DNA of 64,000 nucleotides from the human T2T-CHM13v2.0 reference genome, Homo sapiens: assembly GCF_009914755.1 (NCBI RefSeq), contig NC_060926.1; one strand, 5' to 3'. Each line of letters starts with the position of its first letter. Position 1 is the first letter of the stretch. The position numbers were made by a program, and so were the translations under genes. The notes beneath the pieces were generated by a model that worked only from the letters and a program-made list of their open reading frames with translations, did not search any database and was not told the DNA's origin. This document shows positions 24,076 to 36,964 of this stretch, piece by piece.

Positions 24076-24499
24076 GTAGAGTATGATCACATAATACAAA
24101 CATAATGAAATAATTTAAAATAAATGTAACTATACTTTAGCACTTTAAAATATTTTTCTCTTTTCTAAGAAAACTGATTTCTTCCATTTTCACATCTTAG
24201 ATTGGATCTCAGCTCTCTATTCTTGCTTCTTTTCACCACTCAAAAGGGCATGTTTTCCCTGCAATTCTTGTTTTTTTTCTCTCTCTCTCGATATAACTGA
24301 TGCTAGGTACACAGTAGGTGCACAATAAATGGTAGCCACTATTATTATCACACCGATCCTCACTGCCTGGCTGTCTTTGAAAACCAAGACCTAGGATAAT
24401 AAGGTGTCATGAGCTAATAAGTAATAAGCATGCTTATTAATAAGTAATAAGATGCTTCTATGTCCTTTACTAACCAAGCCCTAACTCATTTTTGAGCCC

Positions 24500-24780
24500 C
24501 TTACCAAAAAGTGCGTGAGAAGTATGAAGGGAAAACATACAAACAAATAAGATATTGTCCCTGCCCTTAAATTTCTTATAATCTAGGTGGGGGCCCCGCC
24601 CTGGCAGTTAAAAAGTGCCAAATGAATATGAAAGGTGTACATGCTGGAAGAGTTCACTTCCACCGGGGAGATCGGCAAAGATGTCACAGAGGAGATGGAA
24701 TCTGAACTGAACCTTGAATGGTGGCTTGGACTTGAAATAATGGAAGAGAAAAGCCAGAAAGAGCATTAAGAAGTTGATCT
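24500..24780 (-). mobile_element. L2 fragment
   Basis: gtccctgccctt...cttataatctag; cacagaggagatggaatctgaactgaaccttgaa. Confidence 0.6.
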
Positions 24781-25309
24781 ATGGGATCTAGATTTTCCAT
24801 CACAATGAAACAAGTTACTTTCTGCATCATAGATCAGAATTACGCAAAACCAGTATGAGGTGGACCCAAGAAGAGCAACATCTCTCTCTATAAAACTCAG
24901 AGGCGGATCTGTGAAGGAAAGCATCTGTTTCTCCAGTCTAAGGTGGGACGATTCTATGCTGCCATGTCAAAGATGCTATAACATTTATTTTCTTCTTCCT
25001 TTAACCTTTCCACAGTTCTGACAATTATTCTGCTGTCCCTCTTTCCCATTCAGCACTGCTCAAGGCTCCTTTCCCCATGTCAACAACTCCAAGCTCTTCC
25101 TCAACAAACAAACAAAAAACATTAAAAACCTTTTTTCAATTCACCTGAATTTGCAGACCCTGATTTTACATTCAAAGTCAAGCAGCCCTGTTGCTTTATC
25201 ATTTGTAATCCCTTCAGATTTTTTCTTAACATCTCAATGAAATTCTCTCATAAATCCCCTTCTTTGCTGACCAAGTGCGGTGCAGTTGCTGATTTTGCAA
25301 GATATGTGC

Positions 25310-25830
25310 TAATGTAAAGTATGTCTCCTTTGAGTCTCTTTATCACTTGGTTGCTCTCTGCTCCACCTTCTCCATATTTATGTCCTTATCAGAGCTGCAC
25401 ACAGTATTTCAAATGAGCTTCAGTGTTCTTCCTGCCAGGCCACAGTATTGACTGTAATACGATAGCCTATCTCAAAATTGGTTTGGGGGATTCTTTTTCT
25501 CATTGTGGTTAAAATAGCTTGCCTTGTAAATGCCAGAATATATTTTTGCAGATTAGATTTTTTATGAAAAATGGTGTCAAATGCTTTCCGGAAGGGTGTT
25601 TAAATTATTTGGATAGGCTGCTTCATCCATTAATGTTTTCTTTTGCAGTTTAACCTCACAGGTTTGCAGGACAGTTTCACCACTGAAAATTTGTGCTGAT
25701 TTCTTTGTCATTAAACGTAACTTTTTTAAAGGATTCTTACGTTCAAGCTGTGGCTTACGGCTTCAAAACACTTTCCCCCTGCTGTTGAAATCATGAGGTC
25801 CGTGGTCTCCCAGATCTTCTCTAAAAGTCT
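25310..25830 (-). mobile_element. CR1/L3-clade LINE ORF2 remnant
   Basis: Minus-strand translation gives FRKAFDT (25573-25593), HLKYCVQL* (25389-25415) and KDINMEKVEQRATK (25346-25387), matching the CR1 motifs DFSKAFD, HLEYCVQFW and KDIxxLERVQRRATK. Confidence 0.75.
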
Positions 25831-26862
25831 CTCTTAACAGAGAAGAAGCCTTCGCAGCATCTGTCTTCTTCAGCTGTTGCCGCTGATAATTTCAGACATA
25901 TTCACAAACCCTGCTCTGCATCAGACAGCTGTTACGTGGTTACCGAGTGTTTGTGTGAGAGTGTGTGGCTCTGTGTCTCCTTTCAAGTTTCCACTTGCAT
26001 GTAAGATTGTCTGAGAAAGGTTTTGTGCTATTTCCCCAGTGCAGTGTGTTTCCTGTTTTCCTTGGGAGGGCTCTGTATTGTAATCATTTTTCCACTCCAA
26101 GATCCTTCTAGGCTGATTTCCTTAACTGTTTTGACTCCTTCACGGTGTCTAAATTTGCATGTTGGCAATACAATGTTGGAGTTTATTTCACAGGGGCAGA
26201 GCACATTCCACTGCTGTCTCATCCCTATCATTTCTCTTTACTCCATTTATCTAAGCACTTGCCACATTCTTCTAAACCTAAGATCCGAAACCTCAGTTTG
26301 GGTTTTCTAGTGCTTGGATGGATGTCAAGATGATTTATAAAGCACTCTCATCCCAGTGCCATGGGCCAGTGATACCATCAGTTTAGCAACTCCTGAACTG
26401 CTTACCTAGAGTTGCCTATTGATTAAGGCTGCTACCAGATGCAGCTTGGTCCACATGCTCCAACCAGCAAGCCCTAGTTTATGAGCCAGTCATTTATGAT
26501 GAGCATCATCTCAGTCATCATTGCGCGATGTGCTTTTGGCACTTTTTTGATTCACATGCATAGACTGCAGTCACCCATAATTAAATCCTGTCACAGTTGC
26601 ATGAATTATTGTATCTAATCATATTTAATTCACCTCCTTCTTCTTTTGGAAATCTCTAGTGAGCTTCAGGCTTCATCCTGTAGATCTTTTGTCTATTTCT
26701 GAAGCTAAAGCTAGATTGATTACACATTCTGGCCTTTGAATACTTTGTGCTAGTCCTCATGCCAGGAATATAAAGCAACCTATTACCAATGTAGTTTTCT
26801 TTCTTTCTTTCTTTTGTGGCATCTAAGACTTTTCAGATCATACGATCCATCTGAACATGGAC

Positions 26863-27080
26863 CAGTGGTTCTCAACTGGGACTATTTTGCCCCCAGGGGA
26901 AATGTGGCAATTTCTGGAGACATTTTTGGTTGTTTACAGCTGGGGGAGGAGTGCTACTGGCATTTAGTAGGAAGAGGCCAGAGATGCTGTTAAACATTCT
27001 ACAATGCACATGACAGTCTCTCACAACAAAAAAATAATTTAGCCCAAAATTTCAGTAGCGCCAAAGTTGAGAACTCCTTG
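26863..27080 (+). mobile_element. MER20
   Basis: cagtggttctcaactggg...ttttgcccccagggga...ctggagacatttttggttg...gttgagaac. Confidence 0.9.
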
Positions 27081-28088
27081 TACTCCACCAAATGATTCTA
27101 GATGTACTTAAATGTGGTAAGAATACATCTATATCCTCAGATCCCTGATATCTCTTCTCTGGGTCCAGGGCATGATCAAAGATTATCTTTTGAGAACACA
27201 GCTATATTTTCAACTCTGTTTCCTTAGGATTATGCATCTGAATGGCTGAGTTTGCATGTGCAGAGCCCAAATTTGCTATTAATCCTTGCTACCTTCTTAA
27301 TTTACTTATACCTACTTCTTTCGACCAGAAAAGAAAGAGTCTAGCCAGCCAGTGTATATTTAACTCATTTATTCATTTATTTTGTGAGTGTTTGTTAACA
27401 ACAGGCATTAAGTTAGGTGCTGGGGACTGCTAGGTGCTTCCATTTATACTCCATTCTCCATAATTTAAGCAAGCTGGCATGGGTCATAGCTCTCTCTAAA
27501 GCATCAATTCATCGGTACTCAGAGACCAAGTTTTTTTCGCCTGAAAGGTCTAGAACATATCAACTTGTACTTAGAGCAAAAGAGAATCTTGGAGTCCGAG
27601 AGTGTACTTTGCTCTGAGCCCTGGCGAGTCAGCTATTATGGCCCTTGGGTAATCTAAACATGACTTTCCCAAATGCTTTTATCTAGAGAGAGTGGTTTCA
27701 ATCTCTTTCACCAGAGTAGCGTAGTCCTTTTATTATTGTCTTTATTGTTTCTAAGATGTATGAGGTTTTCTAGGTGCTCAAAGTTGTTCTTTGGAAATCA
27801 AGTCAGACCATTCTTATTGGTGTTCCATATGTTAAATCCAAACAAAAATGTTCTTACCTTCTGTGGCTGATCTTAACTGGAACATGTGTTGGTGTCTTTA
27901 AATCCTTTCCCCCGATCACCCTACTAGGCTTTTTACTTGGTCTACCTGAGTCAAGGTGTAACAGGTCTCAGCATGAAGGGGTGAGGGTGGGGAGGCTGGC
28001 AGACCCAATCAAGAATTTTTACTCAGACTCTGAAGGTATGACTGACTGAGAATTGGGTTCACTAGGTTCTGGCCTATACAGGAGCTTT

Positions 28089-28148
28089 TTTGGAAAACAA
28101 CCAAAATTACACACACACATAGACACACACATACACACAGACACACAT

Positions 28149-28182
<34 letters not shown>
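28089..28182. repeat. (CA)n microsatellite
   Basis: Directly visible. Confidence 0.95.
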
Positions 28183-28185
<3 letters not shown>

Positions 28186-28530
28186 CGTGTGCTGCATAAT
28201 GACTTTTCAGTCATTTCAGATGGACCACAGATATGATGGCGGTCCCATAGGATTCTAATACTGTTTTAACATACCTTTCCTGTTTAGATAGGTTTAGATA
28301 CACAAATACTCACCATTGTGCTATAACTGCCTACAGTATTCAGTACAGTAACATGCTGTACAGGTGTGTGGCTTAAGAGCAATAGGCTGTCGTCCCATAT
28401 AGCCCAGGTGTGTAGTAGGCTATATCATCTAGGTTTGCATAAGTACACTCTATCATGTCCACATGATGACAAAATCACCTACCAACACATTCCTCAGATA
28501 CTATCCCCATCATTAAGCAACACATGATTA
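28182..28530 (+). mobile_element. Tigger3a (TcMar-Tigger MITE)
   Basis: TIR cagtcgtgtgctgcataatgac ... cattaagcaacacatgatta; internal tacagtattcagtacagtaacatgctgtacagg. Confidence 0.88.
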
Positions 28531-28931
28531 TGCATCTGTGTGTGTGTATGTGTGTGTGACTGTTAATGTAGGAACATATAGCAACGTATAGCAATAAACA
28601 TACTTCCCTCACTTGGGGCATAAAATGTGTTGGTAAAGTGGAGTTTAAAAAAGTGCTCTTTAAAATCACAACAGCCTGAAGCTGCTCTGTTTCTAAGGGA
28701 CTGGACTATTTCTCTAGGAGTAGATTGCCTTCTATTATTCGAAAGGCGAATATTCCTTTTCTTCTCTTATTCCCTGTTCCCATCTCATCACCCTCTCTCA
28801 TTTGAAAGAACAGGAACATAGAATTAAACTGCTCTCCAAAAGAAATGATGAAGAGCAAGTGAAAAGGAGAAGAGGGGCTGAGAAATGTCACCAGCAAAAA
28901 GTCACCAGAGGGAGGGCAGTGGGGGTGGTAA

Positions 28932-29243
<312 letters not shown>

Positions 29244-29744
29244 CAAAAGGACTGCTAAGATATTTAATATTAAAATTTAAAGTTGTTTATTTCCTAGTGT
29301 TGTGGTATAGACACTATGGCCCCTGGCTGCCTCTTTGTCCCCAGCAATGCTCCAACACTTGAAGAAAGACTGGTCTATACTCAAATGTCTGATCGGTGAT
29401 ATCTGGGGCCAATAAAAAAGAGAAAGACTCATCTGGGTCATGTTGGAGCAGAAAGCTAAGAACAGCTGCATGAGATGAGATGTGAATGAGACTGAAAATT
29501 TACAGGGGCAGCAAATTAAAACCACAAGTGCTCATGAGAGTTTAAGACACCAGGCATTCACAAACATCCTGAGGAGGGTATTGCACTTTTGCAGGAAAGG
29601 GAGTTCTTCTCAACTATATGTAAATAGCAAAGAACGGGTACCTCTGCTGATCATCTGAGTTGCTTAACATTCAAATGACTGTGAAGGTAGGCCCAGACAT
29701 CTCAAGAATCCACATGCTACTTCATATGTGGAGAACATTTGAGC

Positions 29745-30700
29745 CATTCATTCATTATTCAATAAGTATAGAGCCACTTCTACATACCAGACCTAGCAAG
29801 ATATGATGGCAAACAAGATGGCCACAGTCCCTGACTTCATGGAGTTTACATTAGTGAGGGGGGAGTAGGGAGAAAAATGGGGAGAGATGATAAACATTTA
29901 AATACATAAATGGTCAGAATAATGATGGATTTTATGCAATATTAAAAATGGGGTGACGTAATAAAAAATACCAAAGTGGGTCATTTTAGGTAGAGTAGTC
30001 ACTGAGGTCTCTTGAGGAAGTGACTCTTAAGGCCTAAAGACTTAGAAAGAATCCTCCACACAGCAAGCAAAGGGAAAAACACTCCGGGCAGAAGCCATAG
30101 CAGGCACAAAGGCCCTGAGGCAGAAAGAGACTGGAAAATCTCTGGAATCCATGGAAGGCCAATGACTAAAGACTAAAACTTCACGAGAAGGTTGGGAAGG
30201 GTCATGAGATGAGGTTTAAGGGTTAGACCATGGCCAGTAAAGGCTCTGAAGGCCAAGAAATGAAGTTTGGATGTCCTTTTAAGCCCAATGGGAAGACTAA
30301 AGAATTTTAAGCAAACCAATGACATCATCTGGTCCAAAGAATTCCCTGGATTGTCAGTATGGAGATGGTTGGAGGTCTTGACTAGAACAGTTTCAGCAGA
30401 GCAAAGGGAATGGAAACTGGATTGGATTGTGCTGTGGAGTGAATAGGAGTGAGAAGGTGGAGACAGTGTGCTCACAATCCTTCTAAGAGGTTTTGAGAAA
30501 TGGGATAGCGGTTGGAGGGTAACGTGGGGTCAGGAGAGGGTCTTTATTTTTGTTTTGGTGTTTTCCTAAATGGGAAATAATACAGTATGTTTACATATGA
30601 TGTCAGGAGTGATTCAGTCCAGAGGGAAGCAATGAAAAAGGAGAAGGTATAACTAGGGAGACAGCATGAAGGACTGAGACTTGAGCCCAAGCAGAGTTGC
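29745..30700 (-). mobile_element. L2 (~1 kb)
   Basis: cattcattcattattcaataagtat, gtccctgacttcatggagtttaca, gcacaaaggccctgaggc, ttttaagca. Confidence 0.75.
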
Positions 30701-31469
30701 CTTTGGGAGCACCTCCTGCTCTGGTGGGAGGAAGAAGAAGATAGGCAGATGTAGGTCTTACCACATTTGTTTTACTGAGGAAGCAAGATTTCTTTCCGCC
30801 ACTGCAAGGCTTCCAATGTTAACTGAACTCGGCGCAGCCGGGCTGCTCTGTGCCTGCTGATGTGATTGGCCAAGAGACTGATGAGAAGTGAATGAGAGGG
30901 TTTGAGCTGTAAACAGAAGCCACAGCCAAGAAGGAAAGTTCGGGTCTCTCCATTTAATTCCCCCATCCTGTTCTGATCCAGAGAAGATTTTGGTCATTTT
31001 CAATTAAGTAGTTTAGACTTTCATGGAGTGGTCCAGAGGGCCCTCAGGCTCAGAGGACAATGAGGCTTGAGGACAGCATGTATCTACAACTGTGGATAGA
31101 CTGACACCCTGGACTGGCCAAGCCCAGGTCATCTGGGCTGAGGTAGCATTTAGCTAGCAAGCAATTTTTTGTGGTAAGAGAAATTAAAGACTTCCTCCAT
31201 AAGTCTCTCTGTGGAAGGGGGAAATTGACGAGGGTCAGGCAGCTGTTAAAGGACATCCTGTAACTGCTGAGAACAGAATTGGATAAGGGTAGGGTTCTAC
31301 CAGAGAGTCAGGAACAGCAAGAGAAGGGAAAGTAGAGAAGGGGACTGGGGGTGGGCAAGGATTCTTAGATATAAGGTTTTAATGACACGTCCTACTTGTG
31401 ATTCAGTGTTCCCAGCAGAGGAGATGGAAGGAAATTATAGCTTGTGTGCCTGAAGGGCTGGAACTGAAC

Positions 31470-31660
31470 TAGGATTTTATGCATATGATATTACTTAAGC
31501 CTCACAGAAATCCTGTGAGGTAGTTTTCTCCCCCTTTAATTTTACAGGTAGGCAAATGGAGGCTCAGAAAGTTAATGTGCTTAAAACTACATAACTAGTA
31601 AATAGCAGATGCAGAATTTTAGCCTGGATCTGCCTGACTCCAAATCCCATGGATTGGCCA
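31470..31660 (-). mobile_element. MIR
   Basis: cctgtgaggtag...ttttacagg...gaggctcagaaagtt...tctgcctgactcca. Confidence 0.75.
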
Positions 31661-32534
31661 GAATGGTGTTCTCCCTTCCTGGGCCTCCGGCGAGTGGTAA
31701 CAGGTCAAAAAACAGATCAACTAGAAAGTTCTTCTGGTAAAATAGTGGGTGAGGCAAGTTAGTGCTAGGATTTGGCTGGAGTGATGGCTTTGCTGCCTCT
31801 TCAAGGAATTCACAATGCCATCTTTTCTTCCCTAGACTGTTGTGTGACAGCATTCCAAAGACTTTCCTCAATGGACACCACAGAAGTCCTTGAGTTTGAG
31901 GGGCTTCAGGAAGGAAGAGAACAGAATCTCATAGGGAAGACTCCTCTATGAAAAAAAGACCCCTTAAAGTCTGCTTTCCCCCATCATTTCAACATCCTCT
32001 CCCTCCCCAACTTTACCATATTGGGCTGAGAGGCTTTAAAACCACACTTCCACCCAGCTGGGCTGGGTTAAAGCCCTCACAGGAGCCACTGAGCCAAACC
32101 AAACTTCATGTGCATTACCCATGCAGAGCACATTCTCCAGTGTTTACATGTTGAATAGTTTATGATTTGCTCTACATCTGATCAGGCAGAGTCAACTACC
32201 AAAACTGCTGATCCATGGAACTTCACAGCCTTTCCGGGCATAATAACGGCTACAGCTACAGCTTATTCAAAGAGAGAAATAGCCTTTGATGAGCTGTGCA
32301 AGGACAAATTAAGACGTGACTGTCACCCAGCATCTAGATAGTAGCCTGCTGTTCCAGGCTTTACCCAAAAAGAAATGGGACTAAGGGAGCTGGGAGGCTT
32401 CGACCACACCCTCCTAATAGCAGTGGAAGGACCAGGACCTAAAGATGACCATACCACCAAGGATTTCAGAGCATCAGAAGCGAAACAGCATGTTGCTAAG
32501 GCAATTCTTTCTGTCATCTCTGCTCTTCCAACCT

Positions 32535-33400
32535 GTGGCAAAGCCAGATAATTGTCCCTAAGTTCCCATTATCTACTTCTTTAGTAATAGAAACCCTAAT
32601 ATTTAGCTAGGAATGTCCGGGGTGGGGGGTGGATTCTCCTTGGCTGAAATAAACTCTGTATTTCCCAGCCTCTTCCAGTTGGGTGTGGTCATGTATCTAA
32701 GTTCTAGACAATGAGATGAAAATAGAACTGCCATGTAAAATTTCTGAGAAATGGCCTTAAGAGGTATTAAATCAAGGTTAGCCTAAGGGTGCCTCCTTAC
32801 ATATTTTAAGTTCAGCCTAAAAGTTTCTCTGTACATCGTGAACTGTACTCTAAATGAAGTTGTAAACAGAATGTAACCTACTCTTGTGCCAATCACCAAG
32901 TTTTGGCCAATCAAAGGTGGTCAGCTGTTCAAACCATGTTCAAATAAGGCAAACTCTGAGCTGTAACCAATCTGGCTGTTTCTGTACTTCTATTTTCTGT
33001 AAATCACTTTCCTTTTTCTGTCCATAAATCTTCTCCACCATGTGGCTGCACTGCACTGGAGTCTCTGAGCCTACTCTGGCTCAGGAGTCTGCCCAATTCA
33101 GGAACTGTTCTTTGCTCAATTAAATTCTTTTAAATTTAATTTGGCTGAAGTTTTTCTTTTAACAAGGGAGAGGTGTATATTTCGCTCTTCTTTCCCACTG
33201 GCTGGAATGTGGAAGTGATGACTGGAGCTTCAGCAACTACCTTGAACAGTGAGGTGGAAATTATTATTCAGAATAGATGGAAAATACTATTCAGATACAG
33301 GGAGCCTGGATCCTTAGAGATTGTAGCATCATGATTGCAGCCTGAACTGCCACTATAAGCCATTTATATCTTTTGGCACTCACTGTCAACTCTAATCTAT
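32535..33400 (+). mobile_element. MLT1J-like LTR, split by MER57
   Basis: atttcccagcctc...ggtgtggtcatgt...gacaatgagatg; resumes at ggctggaatgtgga...gactggagct. Confidence 0.65.
32765..33164 (+). mobile_element. MER57 (MER57B-like) ERV1 solo LTR
   Basis: gcctccttacatattttaagttcagcctaa...ttcaaataaggcaaac...tttttcttttaaca; three CCAAT boxes. Confidence 0.85.
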
Positions 33401-33773
33401 CTTATATACAACCTCTACCTTAGGCACCTCCACATGTCCCTAATGACCCCTGGAAAGCCACGTCTCACTAAAACATCCTTACCAAGACAGGGAGAGGCAA
33501 CAACCTTTGCATTGTGAGGAGCAGTGATTTCGGGCACTGAGAAGCTGTGCTGCCTTTAAACAACTCTATACCATCATCAGCTGGTGTGGGAAAGCCCACG
33601 CAATCCCATTTCTCCAGCTCAGTGATGTTCAGGTTTCTACTGTGCGTAGTTCTTTGGTCAAACTTTACATGGACATTTCCAAAGGCCTGCAGGACATCTC
33701 CACACAGGTTTCTCACCAGCTCCTCCAACTTGACTTATCTAAACCCAAATTTCTTCATTCTCTCTCTCAGAAC

Positions 33774-34325
33774 AGCCCTTAGGCCAGGGAAAGAGGAGCT
33801 CCTGCCATAGGCCTGAAGCTTGAGGGAGCATCCCCACCCCAAAGCCCACATCCTCCTTTTGAGACCATATTCCAGGTACCCAAGACCCCAGAATTCCCTG
33901 TCCTGATAGCCTCAGGCCCACTTCTAGGGCTGGTCACTCTGAGGACAGGGTGGGCCAGGAGCAGCTCTCTTCAGGGAATGTGGGTGGAGTTTGGCTGTGA
34001 AGGCTGGGAAGTGCATACTTGTCCTTGCAAGGCCCCTCACCATGTGGGGCAAATTCAGGTCAGAAAGAAAAGGAAGTTGTGCAGCAGGGTGGGGCCAAAG
34101 ACTGGGGGCTGGTTCTCACTGTCTCTATGTTCTGGCATAAAACTCTGAGGAGTCCCAGAAATTAAAATTTCCATCTGGACCTCCAGGACACTGTGAAGGT
34201 ATATTTGTCAAAGTAGGAGAGTAGGACATGTTTTATTTAACAGTTGGTTGGCTTAATGTATAACTTTAAAATATTTAGACATATGGTATGTGGGCCTCTG
34301 TTTGTACTTCTACCGAGGGCCAAGG
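33774..34325 (-). mobile_element. hAT-Tip100 element (MER115/Zaphod-like), copy 1
   Basis: gaaggtatatttgtcaa...taaaatatttagacatatggtatgtgggcctc...tttgtac. Confidence 0.6.
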
Positions 34326-35329
34326 TGTCTATGTGACACTTCCTGGGACAACAGGGCCTGTTTGCCCCATGGAGGGTATCAGGAATGCCAGCTGAGCTTG
34401 GGATGGGAGACGACTAGCCGGGTACTCAGAGAGAGACAGTGCTGGAGCACAGGCCAAAAGGAAGTCAGGAAAGAGCTTCTGCTAGAAGTGAAGAGTGGAA
34501 AGAGCAAACCAGGTGAGACAACTAGGGTGGAAAGAGAGTGGAGCAGGAGATGCCAGATGCAGAAATTCCAGGCTGGAGGCATGGGATGAAGAAGAGCCTC
34601 TGGTCACAGAACCTGAAGCCAGGAATCAGCAAGGCTGGAAATAGGGCAGATACCAGAAGTACAGGATCCTGCTTAAGCCACACCCTTGTTCCCTATTGTT
34701 CTGTGTTTGCATCTTGTCAAACTCAATCTGTATGTCTCAACAGCTGTCCAATGCTCACAGGGTCAAGGGGAGGAATAACCGCAGCATTCCATGGTCCCCC
34801 TGCTAGTGGGTAGGTGGTAGCGGTGGGATCCAGGCAGCAGTTTTATCATAGGCAGGTAATGACACTATGCATCAAGATCATCTTCTTGATTTAGCATCCT
34901 GGGGAAAGGAGACGGGAAGAACTTGGAAGAGTATCAGAGCCTGCCCCAGTCAAAGACACTAAGGATCAGGAAAGGGTTCCAGCCCAGGAAATCAACTGAA
35001 GCAGAATATCAGTTGTGTGGGCCTTGCCAAGGTAGCAGGGAGAGGGAAGAAGGCCAAGGATAAATGTCAGATATAGAGCAATGCCAGTTCTAAGTAGAAC
35101 TATGGCCATAGCAATTTCTCATCATCCGTGTCTATTTTTGCTGGTGTAATGGTTAGATGATTGGATGGTACTCATGCCATGCTGGTTAAAAATATCTTTT
35201 AATGTCACCCTTGGTTGCCAGCCCATTCTCTTCTCGGGTCATGGCTTGCTTTTGAAGTTGGACAGAGAGGAGTAGTGGACCTGAAAACTAGAGGCCTCAG
35301 GGTTTCCAGTAATAGCTGAGGAATCTGCA

Positions 35330-35835
35330 GGACCAAGGGAACCTGGCCACTGGACGCCTCCCCTTCCAGACCATGCCTCAGTAGCCAAGACCCCGGAAGT
35401 CTCTGCCCAAATGTCCTGAGCCAATTTTCAGGGCTTGCATGAGCCTCTGCACAGGTCTGTCCTTCTGAGTGTGGACAGGCTCCCCCAATGTACTCCTCAA
35501 TCTGATCGGTGGCCAAAACAACAGACACTTGTGAGGAGTGTGGATGGAGCTTGGACATGGAGACAGGGGTGTCCACACGTGAGATCTTGAGGCCCTCATA
35601 CTGCGGGATGGAAAAGAAAGGCCCACTATATCCTGGAAAGGGACTCTGAGAAGTCTGAGGAGTTCTAAATTCAAAACTAGCCTTCAAGGTCAGTGTGAAG
35701 TGTATTTGTCAAGATATGAGGATATAATATATTTTATTTAAGTGCTCTGTTAGATTCCTTGATCCTTTTAAATATTTAGATATCAGGCATATGGATTTTC
35801 ATTTGTCCTCCGGCTCCCACAAATATTAGGGGTGT
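35330..35835 (-). mobile_element. hAT-Tip100 element (MER115/Zaphod-like), copy 2
   Basis: Colinear with copy 1 (ccaagacccc, actctgag, tgtgaag..tatttgtcaa, aaatatttaga); ends cacaaatattagggg. Confidence 0.55.
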
Positions 35836-36189
35836 GTATGCAAGAAACACAGGGATCGTTCTGGCAGAGGTGCATCTTGCAGACATAGCAATGGAGATTT
35901 CAGTCCTGATCTAATGAGTCAATGCCACGCATGCCAGAAAGGCCTTCCACAGCATGGTCAGAGGCCAGACAGCAGGAGGGTCCAGGCCTCTTCTTAACAG
36001 TCAGCACCAAGGACTGGAGGGCTTTGCATTGACAGCATTTCAGACTGGGTTCTCTTCTCTCCAGTAAGCACTGCCACTATGACTTTCCTCCTACAGTACT
36101 GTGTATAGGTGAAATAGTATCATTAAAAATATTCAAAAGCAAGGTCTCTGTGGGCCAGTCAGCACCTGATGCTGACATGTGCAAACAAA

Positions 36190-36390
36190 GGATTTACTTT
36201 ATGTATTCATCACATCTACCCTGTGAGGGTGGGCAGGGAAGGCTTCATCATTTCCATTAGCAGATGAGAAAACCAAGGCTTAGTGAGGTTAAATAACTCC
36301 AAGATCTCCCAGTAAAGAGAAGGAAGGATCTAAACAAGAAGCTAGGCCTTTTAACTCCGAGTTTAGTACCCTTTCCACTCCACATAGTCC
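36190..36390 (-). mobile_element. MIR
   Basis: cagatgagaaaaccaaggcttagtgaggttaaataac. Confidence 0.7.
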
Positions 36391-36964
36391 CAATTTAACT
36401 CAGAAACAGAAATGCTATAAGAAATCTCCAGCATTTCTTTCCTGAAAGAGTTTATGAACTGCGTTTGGTCAAAGGTTAGCATGTCTATTTATGAAGCTTC
36501 TTTAGTTCTGGTTGGTTAATGACATTTAATCGCACGTTCCTTGCAGTGGGCCAGGATAATGGAGAGAGATGCACAGGGGTCAACTAACAACATGCAATTT
36601 GATAAAATTCCAAGGCTTTTATGGAGCACAACTGATCCATTATATAAGATTTCATAAGCCAAAGGTAAAATTAAAGTGAGAAAAACTGCCTAAAAATGTC
36701 AGGTAGGTGTAGTAGACCATGCAGTTACCTTTTTCTCAGGCAGTTTCAGAAACTGATAACTTAGCAAGATTGGAAACTTTATGTGCAAATGTTGGATGTA
36801 TAAAATAAGTCAGTAATCAGAGTCGCCAGTGTTCCTTCTCATAAGCTGGTATCTTTGATATCTCCAGTGAGTCAGATAATGAGTCTTTGTAGGACTCACC
36901 AGGAACTTCCCTCTGACTCTTCATGGTGCTGAGGTTGCTATCCCTAAAGTGCTGTAGAGTTACG

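Noticed and set aside
27228-27383. Possible cryptic exon (tttccttag|...ttt|gtgagt)
   Set aside because: Splice-like motifs of this strength are common, and there is no other support.
34790-34810. Reverse CTCF-like motif
   Set aside because: Mismatches at high-information core positions.
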